Assembly: GCA_965363725.1 (NCBI GenBank)
Contig: CBDTUS010000001.1
Coordinates: forward strand, 2,460-66,459
DNA: 64,000 nucleotides
Origin: an uncultured bacterium
Lineage (GTDB): Bacteria; Krumholzibacteriota; Krumholzibacteriia; LZORAL124-64-63
Reading direction: 5' to 3'
In this document: in pieces, positions 41,806 to 51,869 of the stretch
Layout of the letters: the number at the start of each line of letters is the position of its first letter
How positions within the stretch are numbered: position 1 is the stretch's first letter
Made by a program: the position numbers and the translations under genes
The notes under the pieces: generated by a model
What the model was told of the DNA's origin: nothing
Seen by the model: only the letters and a program-made list of their open reading frames with translations
Database searches by the model: none

Positions 41806-43385
41806 GGCTGGTCGACGTCGCTTTCCTTGCGGGTCCATTCCATGACACGGACTCCGGGCCCGGTCATGGCCAATCGCAGATGCCCGCTGCGCGCCAACGC
41901 CACGGGCAGGTGGCCATCGGGATCAAGATACCACTCCCGGGCCAGCACCACCCAGGCGTGATCACGACCTGCCAGCGCGGCGCCCAGGAAGTCCGCCGCT
42001 TCTTGGGAACTCTTCAGGACCGGCAGCTCGGAGGTATTCACGATGTCCCCGGGCCCCTGGTAGTAGAACTTGAAAACGGAGGTGACCACCGGAACGATCA
42101 TGACGTCACCGTCAGCATTGACCCCCTCCAGATGAGCAGCCGCAGCCCTGACATCGGCCTTGGCATACCGCCCGTCCCCATAGTACCCCCCCAGCGACCA
42201 CAGGGTCAATCCGATCAGCAGCAGAAACGCGGCCAGCCCCCATCGTCGAGGCAGGTTCCCGAGCCCCCAGGCGACCAGGATCAGGACCCAGGGAAAAACC
42301 ATGGAGACATAGCGGGGATTCCAGGGTTTGACGTTTCGCACAGCCAGAAAGGTCACCACCAGGACCGGAACAAGGGTCCACACCAGCAATCGGGCCCGTC
42401 GCCGGTCGAAATGGAACAAACTTCCGCCAAATCCCGCGGCCAGCGGCAAAAAACCCATCAGGAGCAGGGGCCAAAAGCCGCGCAGGACGGTCGGCAGATC
42501 CGGTTGATGCAGTTCCCGAAGACACGGCCCGAAACTGTAGCCGTAAAAGAAGGTCTGAATCGTATAGGGCCAGGCTAACGGAGAAAACGTCGTCTCACCG
42601 CGCAGGGCCTCGCCGGTGACGCTGCCGGGCACCATCCTGTCCACGGCCCAGATGCCCGAGGCCTTCAGCAGCCAAGGCGACACCAGCAGCAAGGCGACGC
42701 CGAATGCCCCGGCCACCACCATCCAACCACGCCTGCTGCGGGGAAAATCGAACATCAGGATACTCATCCCCATGGCCGCCCACAGGAACATCCCGCTCAG
42801 GTTGCTCCAGGCGGCCCCGGCAGCGGACAAAGCGAACAGCAAGGCGGAGGAATAGCGATAATCTTTCCCGTTCAGCCGAAGATAGGCCAGCCCCATCAGA
42901 ACCGAAAAGAGCATCAGGAAGGCATACCCTCGCCCCTCCTGGCTGTACCAGACATGAAACGGGTTCAGGGCCAACAGCAGAACGGCCAGCCGCGCCACCT
43001 TGCCACCGGCCAGACGATTCGCCAGGATTCCGAAAAGGGGAATGGTCACGATGCCGGCCACGGCGGCGGGCAGACGCAACATGAGGGCCGATTCACGCAG
43101 ACCAACCAGCGGCCAGGCCACGGCCGTGTAAAGGGGCCCCTGGATCGAATCAAGGACCTGCTCGAGGTAACCGACGGGAACCCCGGGCCGGATCATGTGC
43201 CAACTCAAAATCTCGTCTACCCAGAGGGACTGGGCGGTCAAACCATACAACCGCAGGGCGGCACCCAACACCGTCACCAGCAACAGGTAGGCTGGAGAAA
43301 TCGGCGCCGACTCGTGGTCCAGGGGTCCCGCCCAACCGGCGGGCGGCACCAGGGACCCGGAAGTGCTGGTCGGGTTTAACGACAT
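41802..43385 (-). CDS. GT39-family (ArnT / PMT-like) polyprenyl-phosphate-sugar dependent glycosyltransferase.
   Basis: It has about 12 predicted transmembrane helices with an N-terminal GT-C-type loop. Confidence 0.65.
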   Translation of the reverse strand: MSLNPTSTSGSLVPPAGWAGPLDHESAPISPAYLLLVTVLGAALRLYGLTAQSLWVDEILSWHMIRPGVPVGYLEQVLDSIQGPLYTAVAWPLVGLRESALMLRLPAAVAGIVTIPLFGILANRLAGGKVARLAVLLLALNPFHVWYSQEGRGYAFLMLFSVLMGLAYLRLNGKDYRYSSALLFALSAAGAAWSNLSGMFLWAAMGMSILMFDFPRSRRGWMVVAGAFGVALLLVSPWLLKASGIWAVDRMVPGSVTGEALRGETTFSPLAWPYTIQTFFYGYSFGPCLRELHQPDLPTVLRGFWPLLLMGFLPLAAGFGGSLFHFDRRRARLLVWTLVPVLVVTFLAVRNVKPWNPRYVSMVFPWVLILVAWGLGNLPRRWGLAAFLLLIGLTLWSLGGYYGDGRYAKADVRAAAAHLEGVNADGDVMIVPVVTSVFKFYYQGPGDIVNTSELPVLKSSQEAADFLGAALAGRDHAWVVLAREWYLDPDGHLPVALARSGHLRLAMTGPGVRVMEWTRKESDVDQP

Positions 43386-43398
43386 GTGTTTTGGCGCA

Positions 43399-44235
43399 TC
43401 ACTCGGATGAATCCCCCTTGGCCCGGATCGGAACGCCTGGATGATATTCCTTCAATTCCACATCGATGGACCCTACCGGAATCTTGGTCTTTATCAGGAT
43501 CGGGATCCGATAGGCATCGTCGGTGATGTACAAGGTCATCTTGCCTTCGTGCTTGAAGAGGCCTTCGCCCACCAGGACAGGTTCCACCACGAAACAGTCC
43601 CAAGTGCCGGCCTCCACCTTGACCCTTTCCCGACCGTGGATAAAAACCTGCAGGTCATAGGTGCGACGGGAGCTGTGGGCGGGAAGATCATAGACGTCCC
43701 CCACCTTGAGGTCCAGGTTTCGGACGTAGAAAAACGCCGAGAGCACGTCCTGTACCCCGGTGGTGATGGGGTAGGTTTCCCCGTTGCCGTAGCGCGCTTC
43801 CTCAGCCAGATGGTCGAAGTCCACCTCAACGGTCTTCCGGTAGTCCCCTTCCCGCAGACGCTTGTAGAAGTAGCGGCTATAAAGGGTCTCGACATCGATG
43901 TAACTGATGATCCTGTCCCGCACCTTGTAGATCGAGGAGAAGAAGCGATTGCTGTTGGCCTTGCTCTGGATGTGATAGCAGGTGTGGCCCTTGTATTCGG
44001 TCAGCCCGACCACCTCCAGAATTCCTTCGCCCGCATTGATGGGCCCGTACCCGATGTTGAACACCATGCGTTCCCCGGGGCCATATACCGAAGGGGCGGG
44101 ATCGTAGCCGGGGTCGTCCGCCGCAGGTGACTTGCCTGGGGTCACCATGAGCAGGAGACCCAGACACATCCCAAGGCCAAACGAAACCGGGATAAATCCG
44201 GGGCGCCTTATCTGCAAATCAAACAGAATATTCAC
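43399..44235 (-). CDS. DUF3108-like exported protein.
   Basis: It has a signal peptide and the composition of that family. Confidence 0.55.
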   Translation of the reverse strand: MNILFDLQIRRPGFIPVSFGLGMCLGLLLMVTPGKSPAADDPGYDPAPSVYGPGERMVFNIGYGPINAGEGILEVVGLTEYKGHTCYHIQSKANSNRFFSSIYKVRDRIISYIDVETLYSRYFYKRLREGDYRKTVEVDFDHLAEEARYGNGETYPITTGVQDVLSAFFYVRNLDLKVGDVYDLPAHSSRRTYDLQVFIHGRERVKVEAGTWDCFVVEPVLVGEGLFKHEGKMTLYITDDAYRIPILIKTKIPVGSIDVELKEYHPGVPIRAKGDSSE

Positions 44236-45308
44236 GACAAGCCCTTTCCGTCAGGGTGACGGCCCAGAACACGGTCCACGGCCTTCAAAACCAGACCGGG
44301 CGACAGTTCATTCATGCAGGGATGACCCTCCAGGGGACATTCCACCAGATCGCAGGGAGAACAGGTGATACCGGTTCTCACTGATACATGATCCGGGGTG
44401 GCGGGGTTCCATCCCACCGGGTCGGTGGCGCCGAACAGAGTGACCGTCGGCACCCCCAGACTGGCCGCCAAATGGCGGGGACCGCAGTCCGTGCCCACAA
44501 AAATATCAGCTTCCTCCATGAGTTGCGCCAATTCCCGGAGGGTGGTCGGCGGAGCAAAGGCGTCGGCAGGAAGTAGGACGCGGAGTTCGGCTTCCAACGC
44601 CCCGTCCTGTGGCCCGGTCACCAGGACCGGGTTGCGGCCGTCCTTCCGCAGGGCGGTAAACAGCTCCGCTGCGTGGGTGGCTGGCCAGCCCTTGGCACTC
44701 CAGGTGGCGCTCATCATCATCACCACCGATTTACCGGGACTCCCCGTCCAGACGGGAAACCATTGGCGAAATGCCGCACTGAATTCTTCATCGGCAGCAG
44801 GAGTTCCTCCAACGGCGGCAAATCCGTCCCGCCAGGGAACTGGAGCGACGCCCAGGGCCCGCAGGGGATCCAGGAAAGCTTCCCCGGCAAACCCTCGCAG
44901 GTTCCTCTGCCCGGACTTGTTGCGGGGAACTTTGACGTTGTAGGCCCACCGTCGGCGGGGCAGGTCATAACCGACGCGCACCGAGGCGCCGGTCAACATC
45001 GTCCAGGTGGCGGTCCGCGGACTGCCGAGCCAGTCGATGACCAGATCGTAGTGCTCCCGGCGCAGGAGGCCCAGCCACGATTGCCCCGCAGGGGGCGGCC
45101 AGGAAAGAACCCTCAGACGGCCGAAGTCGGCGGCCAAACCCGTCAGGTCAGTTATCAGGGGCGCAAAAGGGCGGTCAATGACCAGGTCGATGTCCGCCTC
45201 CGGCCAGGCACGTGCCACCTCCAGGACCGCCCGCATGGTCACCAGAGCGTCTCCCAGCGCCTTTCGTCTGATCAAAAGGATTCTGCGGAAGGAACGGGTC
45301 GACATCAT
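44232..45308 (-). CDS. GT9 ADP-heptose:LPS heptosyltransferase family protein.
   Basis: It has an ILLIRRKALGDALV N-terminus and a GT-B GT9 fold. Confidence 0.8.
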   Translation of the reverse strand: MMSTRSFRRILLIRRKALGDALVTMRAVLEVARAWPEADIDLVIDRPFAPLITDLTGLAADFGRLRVLSWPPPAGQSWLGLLRREHYDLVIDWLGSPRTATWTMLTGASVRVGYDLPRRRWAYNVKVPRNKSGQRNLRGFAGEAFLDPLRALGVAPVPWRDGFAAVGGTPAADEEFSAAFRQWFPVWTGSPGKSVVMMMSATWSAKGWPATHAAELFTALRKDGRNPVLVTGPQDGALEAELRVLLPADAFAPPTTLRELAQLMEEADIFVGTDCGPRHLAASLGVPTVTLFGATDPVGWNPATPDHVSVRTGITCSPCDLVECPLEGHPCMNELSPGLVLKAVDRVLGRHPDGKGLS

Positions 45309-46504
45309 GATCGTCCCCTTCCGGCAGGATCAACTGAGCCGAGCAACCCAGACAAGGTCCTCAAGACATCTGCGGGTTCGAGTTCCGGCAGACAAATGAA
45401 TTGGGGACAGACATGCAGATCACAAGGATGGCAATGAGGAGCCCTGGCCAGGACCCGGAAAGGTCCTCCCCCTTGGTAGGGAAACCAGATGCCCGGATCG
45501 GTCGGGCCGAAGAGAGCCACCGTGGGAACGCGATACCCCACCGCGGCATGCATGATGCCTCCGTCCACGGTGATCAGGGCCCGGGCGCCGGCAGTCAGGG
45601 CCAGGGCCTTGTCCAGGGGCAGGACAGGCAGGAGGCCGCCTCGTCCCGGCGGGATCAGCCCGGACAAACCGCTCCAGTGATCATCCCTGCCGGGGGCGAC
45701 CAGGACCACCAGCGGAAGATCGCTCTGTTCCACCAGCAGGGCCGTCAGCGCAGCCCACTGTTCGAGAGGCCATTCCTTGCTCGGCCAGGTGGCGCAGGGA
45801 GCCAGCAGGATATAGGGATTGTCCGCGTGGAGACCCAGTCCCGCCAGCGGGTCCAATACACCCTGAGAAGAGGGGTCTGCCTGCGGGTCGACGGCCGGCC
45901 GGTCCAGCCACGGCATCAGTTCACCACTGGTATATGTTTCCTGAAGCCAGGTCGGAAAATCCAAACCTGTTTCCACCTGGGTCAGCGGCGCCAGACGGCA
46001 GAGGTGTTCCCCCAGTCCGCCTGGAGCCAGAAGATCGAATCCCGGATGACGGGCTTCCACGTCGGACCGCAAAACCCGGTCGGTGTACAAACGTCCGCGC
46101 CACCTGGTGGTGCCGCCAATCCGCCGCGGTATGCCGGCCAGCTTCAACAACCAGGCGCTGCGGGGATTGAAAAACAGATCGACCGCCAGGTCATAGGAGG
46201 TGCGTCTCAGATCCACGATGGTGCCCAAGGTTCCCCGGGCTCCGCCAAAGCCGCCGCCCTGGGTGGCCCGCGCTTTGGCGTCATCGCCGTGGCGGCCGGC
46301 CCCCAAACGGTGGAGATGGTCCAACCCCTGGCGGCCCTGCAATACGTCGGCGTAGTCATCCTCGCACAGGTACCCTACCACCAGGTCGGGAGCACCTCGT
46401 TTGAGAACGTCTATCAGCACCGTGGACATCACGATGTCTCCCAGGTAGCGGAGCCGGGTCAGAAGGACCGACCCGATGGGTTGACTGCCCAATGCCCAGC
46501 TCAA
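45305..46504 (-). CDS. GT9 heptosyltransferase family protein (second paralogue).
   Basis: It has LLTRLRYLGDIVMSTVL and a GT9 C-terminal domain. Confidence 0.8.
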   Translation of the reverse strand: MSWALGSQPIGSVLLTRLRYLGDIVMSTVLIDVLKRGAPDLVVGYLCEDDYADVLQGRQGLDHLHRLGAGRHGDDAKARATQGGGFGGARGTLGTIVDLRRTSYDLAVDLFFNPRSAWLLKLAGIPRRIGGTTRWRGRLYTDRVLRSDVEARHPGFDLLAPGGLGEHLCRLAPLTQVETGLDFPTWLQETYTSGELMPWLDRPAVDPQADPSSQGVLDPLAGLGLHADNPYILLAPCATWPSKEWPLEQWAALTALLVEQSDLPLVVLVAPGRDDHWSGLSGLIPPGRGGLLPVLPLDKALALTAGARALITVDGGIMHAAVGYRVPTVALFGPTDPGIWFPYQGGGPFRVLARAPHCHPCDLHVCPQFICLPELEPADVLRTLSGLLGSVDPAGRGRS

Positions 46505-47112
46505 CTTGTCTCCCCCGACCGGTCGGCGTTTTGGATGAGGGCATAAGCGGACCCCAGGTCATCGGCCACCTGAACACGGGGGTCACCATCCCATCGGCGG
46601 CGGACTTCCTCCACCTGGTTCGGGCCGTGCCCCGTCAACACCAGCACCGCCCCCATACCGTGGTCCCGGCCCAACGCCACATCGCTGGCCTTGTCTCCCA
46701 CGACCCAGCTTCGACCGGGGTCGAAGGTAAGAGACTGCGCGACCTCTTCCAGCAAACCCGGTCCGGGTTTCCGGCATCGGCAATCCTCCTGCGGCGCGTG
46801 CGGGCAATAATAGAAGCCGTCAAAACGCGCTCCCTCGGCGGCCAGTAACTCATCAAGGCGGGTCATCACCCGAGCCAGGTCCTTCTCGGAAAAAAACCCC
46901 CGGCCCAGGCCGGACTGGTTCGACACCCCGACCAGCAGATAGCCGTCGCAGGCGGCGGCTTTCATGGCCTCGGCCGCCCCGGGCACCAGGGCCACCAGGT
47001 CCGGATCGCTCAGGTAGTCCTGATTCGCAATGACAACCCCGTCACGGTCCAGGAAAAGAACCGGCACGGCGCGGCCGCTGTCTTCAGGCAGGCAGGGTTT
47101 CCAGACAGCCAT
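46501..47112 (-). CDS. gmhB: D-glycero-D-manno-heptose 1,7-bisphosphate phosphatase.
   Basis: It has the HAD motif FLDRDGV and a Zn-binding CPHAPQEDCRCRKP. Confidence 0.8.
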   Translation of the reverse strand: MAVWKPCLPEDSGRAVPVLFLDRDGVVIANQDYLSDPDLVALVPGAAEAMKAAACDGYLLVGVSNQSGLGRGFFSEKDLARVMTRLDELLAAEGARFDGFYYCPHAPQEDCRCRKPGPGLLEEVAQSLTFDPGRSWVVGDKASDVALGRDHGMGAVLVLTGHGPNQVEEVRRRWDGDPRVQVADDLGSAYALIQNADRSGETS

Positions 47113-48227
47113 CAGAGGCCCTCCCGTCCGGCAGGAATCTCACCGTCGAGGAGTTGCACCGCCGACAGTACCGAATCCGCGGACACGGTTTCCAGACAGA
47201 ACCGAGGCTGGTTGCAGGTCTTGAGATAACAGGGTCGGCAGTCGAAACCCGAGGCGGTGAGAGCACGCGTGCGTGGTCCCAGAGGCGAGGTCCAATCCGG
47301 GTTCGAGGAACCGAAGATCCCCACCGTCGGCAAACCGAGGGCCCCGGCCACATGCATCAGCCCGCTGTCGTTGCCGACAAAAGCGGCCGCCGATTTGAGA
47401 ACACCAACAGCCTCCTTCAAATTGGTGGACCCGGTCAGGTCCACCACCTCCGCACCGCTGGAGAAATCCTCACCCCAGGTCGCCGGCACATGATCCCGCA
47501 GTTGGGCGGTGAAGGACCTGGCGGCAGCGTCCCCCAGCAGGGCCACCCGAACCTTGCTCCTTTCCAGAGCCAGTCTGATGAACTCTCCCAGCCTGTCGGC
47601 GGGCCAGGTTTTGGCTTCCCCGTAGGTGGTCCCCGGCGCTACCGCCCAGACCGGCCGGCCGGATCCCAGGTCGGCAGGGGGCACCTCATCACACCCGGGC
47701 AGCAGGACGGGCGTATCTCCAACCACCGGTTCCTCGATCCCCAGCGAGGCCAGCCAGGCCTTGCCCAGCTGGATCATTTCCAGGGAATAATGCTGGTCAC
47801 CCCGCGGTGAAACTGGCAGTCCCCGGGAAAGGAACATGGAACGGCCGTCGGTGCGATAACCTACCCTTACGGGAATACGTGCCAGCCAAGAAGCCAGTCC
47901 CGCCCGGAAGGAAGGAGGGCATAGAATGATGGCGTCATAGGCACCTGCCTTCAACCTGCCCGCCAGGCGGACGGGGCCGGCCGGACCCCGATTAAGCCGT
48001 TTCCGATCCAGGACAACCAGTTCATCGAGGCGGGGATCGTCCCGGAACAGATCGGCCCACTCGGGCCGGATTCCCAGATGGACCACAAGATTTTCGCCCG
48101 TTGCACGATCCACGGCGTTTCGGGAGGCGTCCAGCAGCGACAGCAGGGGGGAATGCATGACCACATCGCCCAGCCAGTTGGGCGCCAATACCAGGAGTCG
48201 AACAGAAGACGGGCCAGGATTACGCAT
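47112..48227 (-). CDS. GT9 heptosyltransferase (WaaF-like; third paralogue).
   Basis: It has VRLLVLAPNWLGDVVMHSPL and a GT9 fold. Confidence 0.8.
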   Translation of the reverse strand: MRNPGPSSVRLLVLAPNWLGDVVMHSPLLSLLDASRNAVDRATGENLVVHLGIRPEWADLFRDDPRLDELVVLDRKRLNRGPAGPVRLAGRLKAGAYDAIILCPPSFRAGLASWLARIPVRVGYRTDGRSMFLSRGLPVSPRGDQHYSLEMIQLGKAWLASLGIEEPVVGDTPVLLPGCDEVPPADLGSGRPVWAVAPGTTYGEAKTWPADRLGEFIRLALERSKVRVALLGDAAARSFTAQLRDHVPATWGEDFSSGAEVVDLTGSTNLKEAVGVLKSAAAFVGNDSGLMHVAGALGLPTVGIFGSSNPDWTSPLGPRTRALTASGFDCRPCYLKTCNQPRFCLETVSADSVLSAVQLLDGEIPAGREGL

Positions 48228-49392
48228 CGTGATCGGGAGCATCACCGGGCAGGGGATGGGTGCCGCCCACGGCCCTGCCGTCGGAACCGGGAAGCGGGGT
48301 AGTGATCACCGTCGAGGCGGTGCTGGTGCGGCCTTGGGTCACGGTTTCCACGGCCTCCATGAGGGTTTCGATATCTACCTTTTCCCCTTTGGTCACGCGG
48401 ATGACCTGGGCGCGAGGCCGGCCGCGAGGCACCCACTGGGGACCGTCATCCTTGGAGAAAAGCCCGATGGCAGGCACGCCTTGGGCGACCGCGAAATGGA
48501 AAAAATCGGTATTGCCGGACACGAACAGATCGCACTGGGCCAGCAGCAGGGCCATCTCCAGGATGGTGTCCCGTTGAAGGCCGACCGGGATCTCGGAAAG
48601 GCTGGCCTCGAATTTTCGCAGCCGGTCATCGCCATCGGGATTCCCCAGCGGCAGGACCTTGCAAACCAGCTGGCTGGACAACTGGCGGATCAGGAACTGG
48701 ATGTTTTTCAGGGCGAAAGCGTGCCCGGTCTTGCCGAGTCCGGGATCGACGCCGATCAGCATCTGGTCTGGATTGGGCTTGTGGAAGTGAACCTGTTGGG
48801 CCATCTGCCGCAGTTTGTCCAGGGGCAGCGGCCAGCGGGACTGGAGTTCCCCCGGATCGAAGTTGAGAAACGGCGCGGCCGCTTTCATGCGGTCACCCAG
48901 ATAGCCGTCGTCATCGATCCCGGGTCGCAGTTCGAAGTTCACCCCGGGCCAGGCGTCCTTGTGGGACGGGCCGAATCGCAGGGACGCACCGCTGGCCAGG
49001 GCGGCGAGTTCCAGCCGCGGCTGGGGAGAAAACGACATGATCACCGCCATGTCATATTGGCCTGCGCCCAGTTTCCGCAACAAGGTGCTGAAGGCGGGCC
49101 GCCAGGGATTGAGCTGCCCCTCCTTGTACATGATGCATTGCCGCGCCAGGCCGCTGGGAATCACCAGGGGAGCATGCTTTTCCGGAACCAGAAAATCCAT
49201 CTTGGAACCGGGAAACCGGTGGCGGATGGCGGCCAGCAGGGGCACGTGAAACAGAAAATCACTCAGGTCACCGCAATCGATGCAAAGGATCCTTGAGGTA
49301 TCGGTCAAGGCTCCCGGCAGGATAAACGAAGCCGCCTTCCCCTTGTTGAAGAAGGGGCGCATCAGGGTACTGATGATCTTGTGCTCCGCCAA
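48220..49392 (-). CDS. GT9 heptosyltransferase family protein (fourth paralogue).
   Basis: It has ILCIDCGDLSDFLFHVPLL and a GT9 C-terminal domain. Confidence 0.75.
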   Translation of the reverse strand: MAEHKIISTLMRPFFNKGKAASFILPGALTDTSRILCIDCGDLSDFLFHVPLLAAIRHRFPGSKMDFLVPEKHAPLVIPSGLARQCIMYKEGQLNPWRPAFSTLLRKLGAGQYDMAVIMSFSPQPRLELAALASGASLRFGPSHKDAWPGVNFELRPGIDDDGYLGDRMKAAAPFLNFDPGELQSRWPLPLDKLRQMAQQVHFHKPNPDQMLIGVDPGLGKTGHAFALKNIQFLIRQLSSQLVCKVLPLGNPDGDDRLRKFEASLSEIPVGLQRDTILEMALLLAQCDLFVSGNTDFFHFAVAQGVPAIGLFSKDDGPQWVPRGRPRAQVIRVTKGEKVDIETLMEAVETVTQGRTSTASTVITTPLPGSDGRAVGGTHPLPGDAPDHDA

Positions 49393-49449
49393 AAAACGCC
49401 TTTCAAGCCGTGTTCGGATCCGGACCGAATAATTCCCGCACCCCGGCGG

Positions 49450-51831
49450 TCAGCTCATGATGTCCGGGAAAAGGGCCTGCCAAACATCGTCCACATGGGC
49501 CACGGGGACGAACTCGATCTCTTCCCGCACTTCTTCGGGAATCGTTTCCAGATCCGGTTCGTTGTCCAGCGGGAGGATGATCCGGCGGATACCCAGACGA
49601 TGGGCCGCCAGGACTTTTTCGAGCAGACCGCCGATGGCCAGCACGGCGCCGGTCAGGGTGATCTCCCCGGTCATGGCCGTCCGCCGGTCCACGGACTTGT
49701 TCACCAGCAGGGACAGCAGCACGGTCGCCATGGCAATGCCGGCGCTGGGTCCGTCCTTGGGCACGGCCCCGGCCGGCAGATGGATATGGACATCTCTCTC
49801 AGTGAAGAATTCCCGATATTCCTCCCGGGCGCCGAAGCGATTGCGAAGGTAGCTGTAGGCGGCCATGGCCGATTCCTGCATCACGCTGCCCACCTGTCCG
49901 GTCAGCTTCAGCTGGCCGCGTCCGCCCGGCATGGACAGGCCTTCGATGTAGAGGATACGCCCGCCGACCTGGGTCCAGGCCAGCCCCGTGACCACCCCCA
50001 CCTTGAGGTGTCGGCGAAGCCGGTCGCCCGTATAGCTCGGCGCGCCGAGGTATTCCTCGAGGTTGTTGGCCCCGACGGTCTGCCGTTTCTTCTTTCCCTT
50101 GGCCACATCGGTGGCGACCCTGCGGCAGACGGAGCCGATCTCCCGCTCCAGGTTCCGCACCCCGGCCTCCCGGGTGTGGTCCTCCACGATCCGCATCAAG
50201 CCGGCGTCGGTGAAACGGATGTACTTCCCGGACAGGCCGTTTTCCTCTATCTGCCGGGGCATCAGGTACCGCTTGGCGATCTGTAGTTTTTCAAGGTTGG
50301 TGTAACCCGGAAGCTGGATGACTTCCATCCTGTCCAGCAGGGGCCGGGGAATGGTGTCGAGCATGTTCGCCGTGGTGATGAACATGACGTTGGACAGATC
50401 GAAGGGCAGGGTCAGGTAGTGGTCGGTGAAATTGCTGTTCTGCTCCGGGTCGAGAACCTCGAGCAGGGCGCTGGCGGGGTCGCCGCGGAAGTCCTGTCCC
50501 AGCTTGTCGATCTCGTCCAGCATGAACACGGGATTGTTGGTGCCGCATTCCTTGATGCCGGTGATGATCCGGCCGGGCATCGAACCCACGTAGGTGCGCC
50601 GGTGGCCACGGATCTCCGCCTCGTCCCGCATGCCGCCCAGGGAGAAGCGGAAGAATTTGCGCCCCACCGCTTCGGCGATGCTCCGGCCCAGGGAGGTCTT
50701 GCCAACGCCCGGAGGTCCGGACAGACAGAGGATCGGCCCGCGGTGATTATCCTTCAGCTTGCGCACCGCCAGGTACTGGATGATCCGTTCCTTGACGTCC
50801 TCCAGGCCGTAGTGATCGCGCTCGAGAATCTCCTCGGCGCGTTTGAGGTTCAGCTTGTCGTCGCTGCTGATGTTCCAGGGCAGGTCCAGCAGCCAGTCGA
50901 GGTAGGTCTTGCTGACGGTGTACTCGCTGGCGCCGGGAGACATCCGGGCGAGCCGGTCCAGTTCGCGGTCGGCCGCCATCTGCACCTTCTCGGGAAAATC
51001 CGCCTCGGCGATTCTTTCCCGCAGCTCGTCGAGTTCGACGGATCCTTCGTCGACCTCGCCCAGCTCGCGCTGAATGGCCTTGAGTTGCTGGCGCAGGTAG
51101 TATTCGCGCTGGTCCTTGTCGATGGACTTGCGCACATGGGTCTGGAGCTTCTGCCCCAGTTCGAGAACATCCAGTTCGCGCATCACCGTCTTGGAGAGCA
51201 GCTGCAGCCGTTTGCGGGGAGACTTCTCCTCCAGCATCTTCTGCTTCTCACCGACTTCCACGTCCAGGTTGGTGGCGATGAGATCGGCCAACCGCCCGGG
51301 GTCGTCGATGTTCATCACCACGACCTTGAGCTCTTCGCTGAGGGTTTCGCTGGCGTCGATGATCTTCATGAAGTTATTGGCCACGCCCCGCATGTAGGCC
51401 AGGGTGCGGGAATCGTCCTGGATGTCCTCCTCGATCAGTTCGACGCTGGCCAGCATGTAGGGATCGGTTTCCAGGAACTTCTTGATCCGGCAGCGGGCGA
51501 TCCCCTGCCCCAGCAGCCTCATGCTGCCGTCGGGGAAGCGCAGCATCTTCTGGATCTTGACCGCCGTGCCGACCCGGTAGATGAGGTCGGGATCGTCGAT
51601 GTCCTCCGCTTCATCTTCGTCGATGTCGCGCTGGGAGAAAGCACCCAGGATCTTGTGGCCAGCCAGGCAGTCGTCGGCCAGCTTGACCAGATTGGCGTCA
51701 CTCAGAACCAGGGGCACCATCATGGCCGGAAAAATCACGGCCTCGCTGATGGGCAGAATGGGCATTTCCTGAGGCAGCAGGATTTCCCCCGTATGATCCA
51801 GCTCCATGAGATCCTGGTCGTTGTCCGCCAT
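49450..51831 (-). CDS. lon: ATP-dependent protease Lon.
   Basis: It has a Lon N domain, an AAA+ module (GPPGVGKTS) and a protease domain with PKDGPSAGIAM and a Ser-Lys dyad. Confidence 0.95.
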   Translation of the reverse strand: MADNDQDLMELDHTGEILLPQEMPILPISEAVIFPAMMVPLVLSDANLVKLADDCLAGHKILGAFSQRDIDEDEAEDIDDPDLIYRVGTAVKIQKMLRFPDGSMRLLGQGIARCRIKKFLETDPYMLASVELIEEDIQDDSRTLAYMRGVANNFMKIIDASETLSEELKVVVMNIDDPGRLADLIATNLDVEVGEKQKMLEEKSPRKRLQLLSKTVMRELDVLELGQKLQTHVRKSIDKDQREYYLRQQLKAIQRELGEVDEGSVELDELRERIAEADFPEKVQMAADRELDRLARMSPGASEYTVSKTYLDWLLDLPWNISSDDKLNLKRAEEILERDHYGLEDVKERIIQYLAVRKLKDNHRGPILCLSGPPGVGKTSLGRSIAEAVGRKFFRFSLGGMRDEAEIRGHRRTYVGSMPGRIITGIKECGTNNPVFMLDEIDKLGQDFRGDPASALLEVLDPEQNSNFTDHYLTLPFDLSNVMFITTANMLDTIPRPLLDRMEVIQLPGYTNLEKLQIAKRYLMPRQIEENGLSGKYIRFTDAGLMRIVEDHTREAGVRNLEREIGSVCRRVATDVAKGKKKRQTVGANNLEEYLGAPSYTGDRLRRHLKVGVVTGLAWTQVGGRILYIEGLSMPGGRGQLKLTGQVGSVMQESAMAAYSYLRNRFGAREEYREFFTERDVHIHLPAGAVPKDGPSAGIAMATVLLSLLVNKSVDRRTAMTGEITLTGAVLAIGGLLEKVLAAHRLGIRRIILPLDNEPDLETIPEEVREEIEFVPVAHVDDVWQALFPDIMS

Positions 51832-51869
51832 GTAGCTCCAGCTCCTTCGTCTGATGAGGGCGCCGCGGG

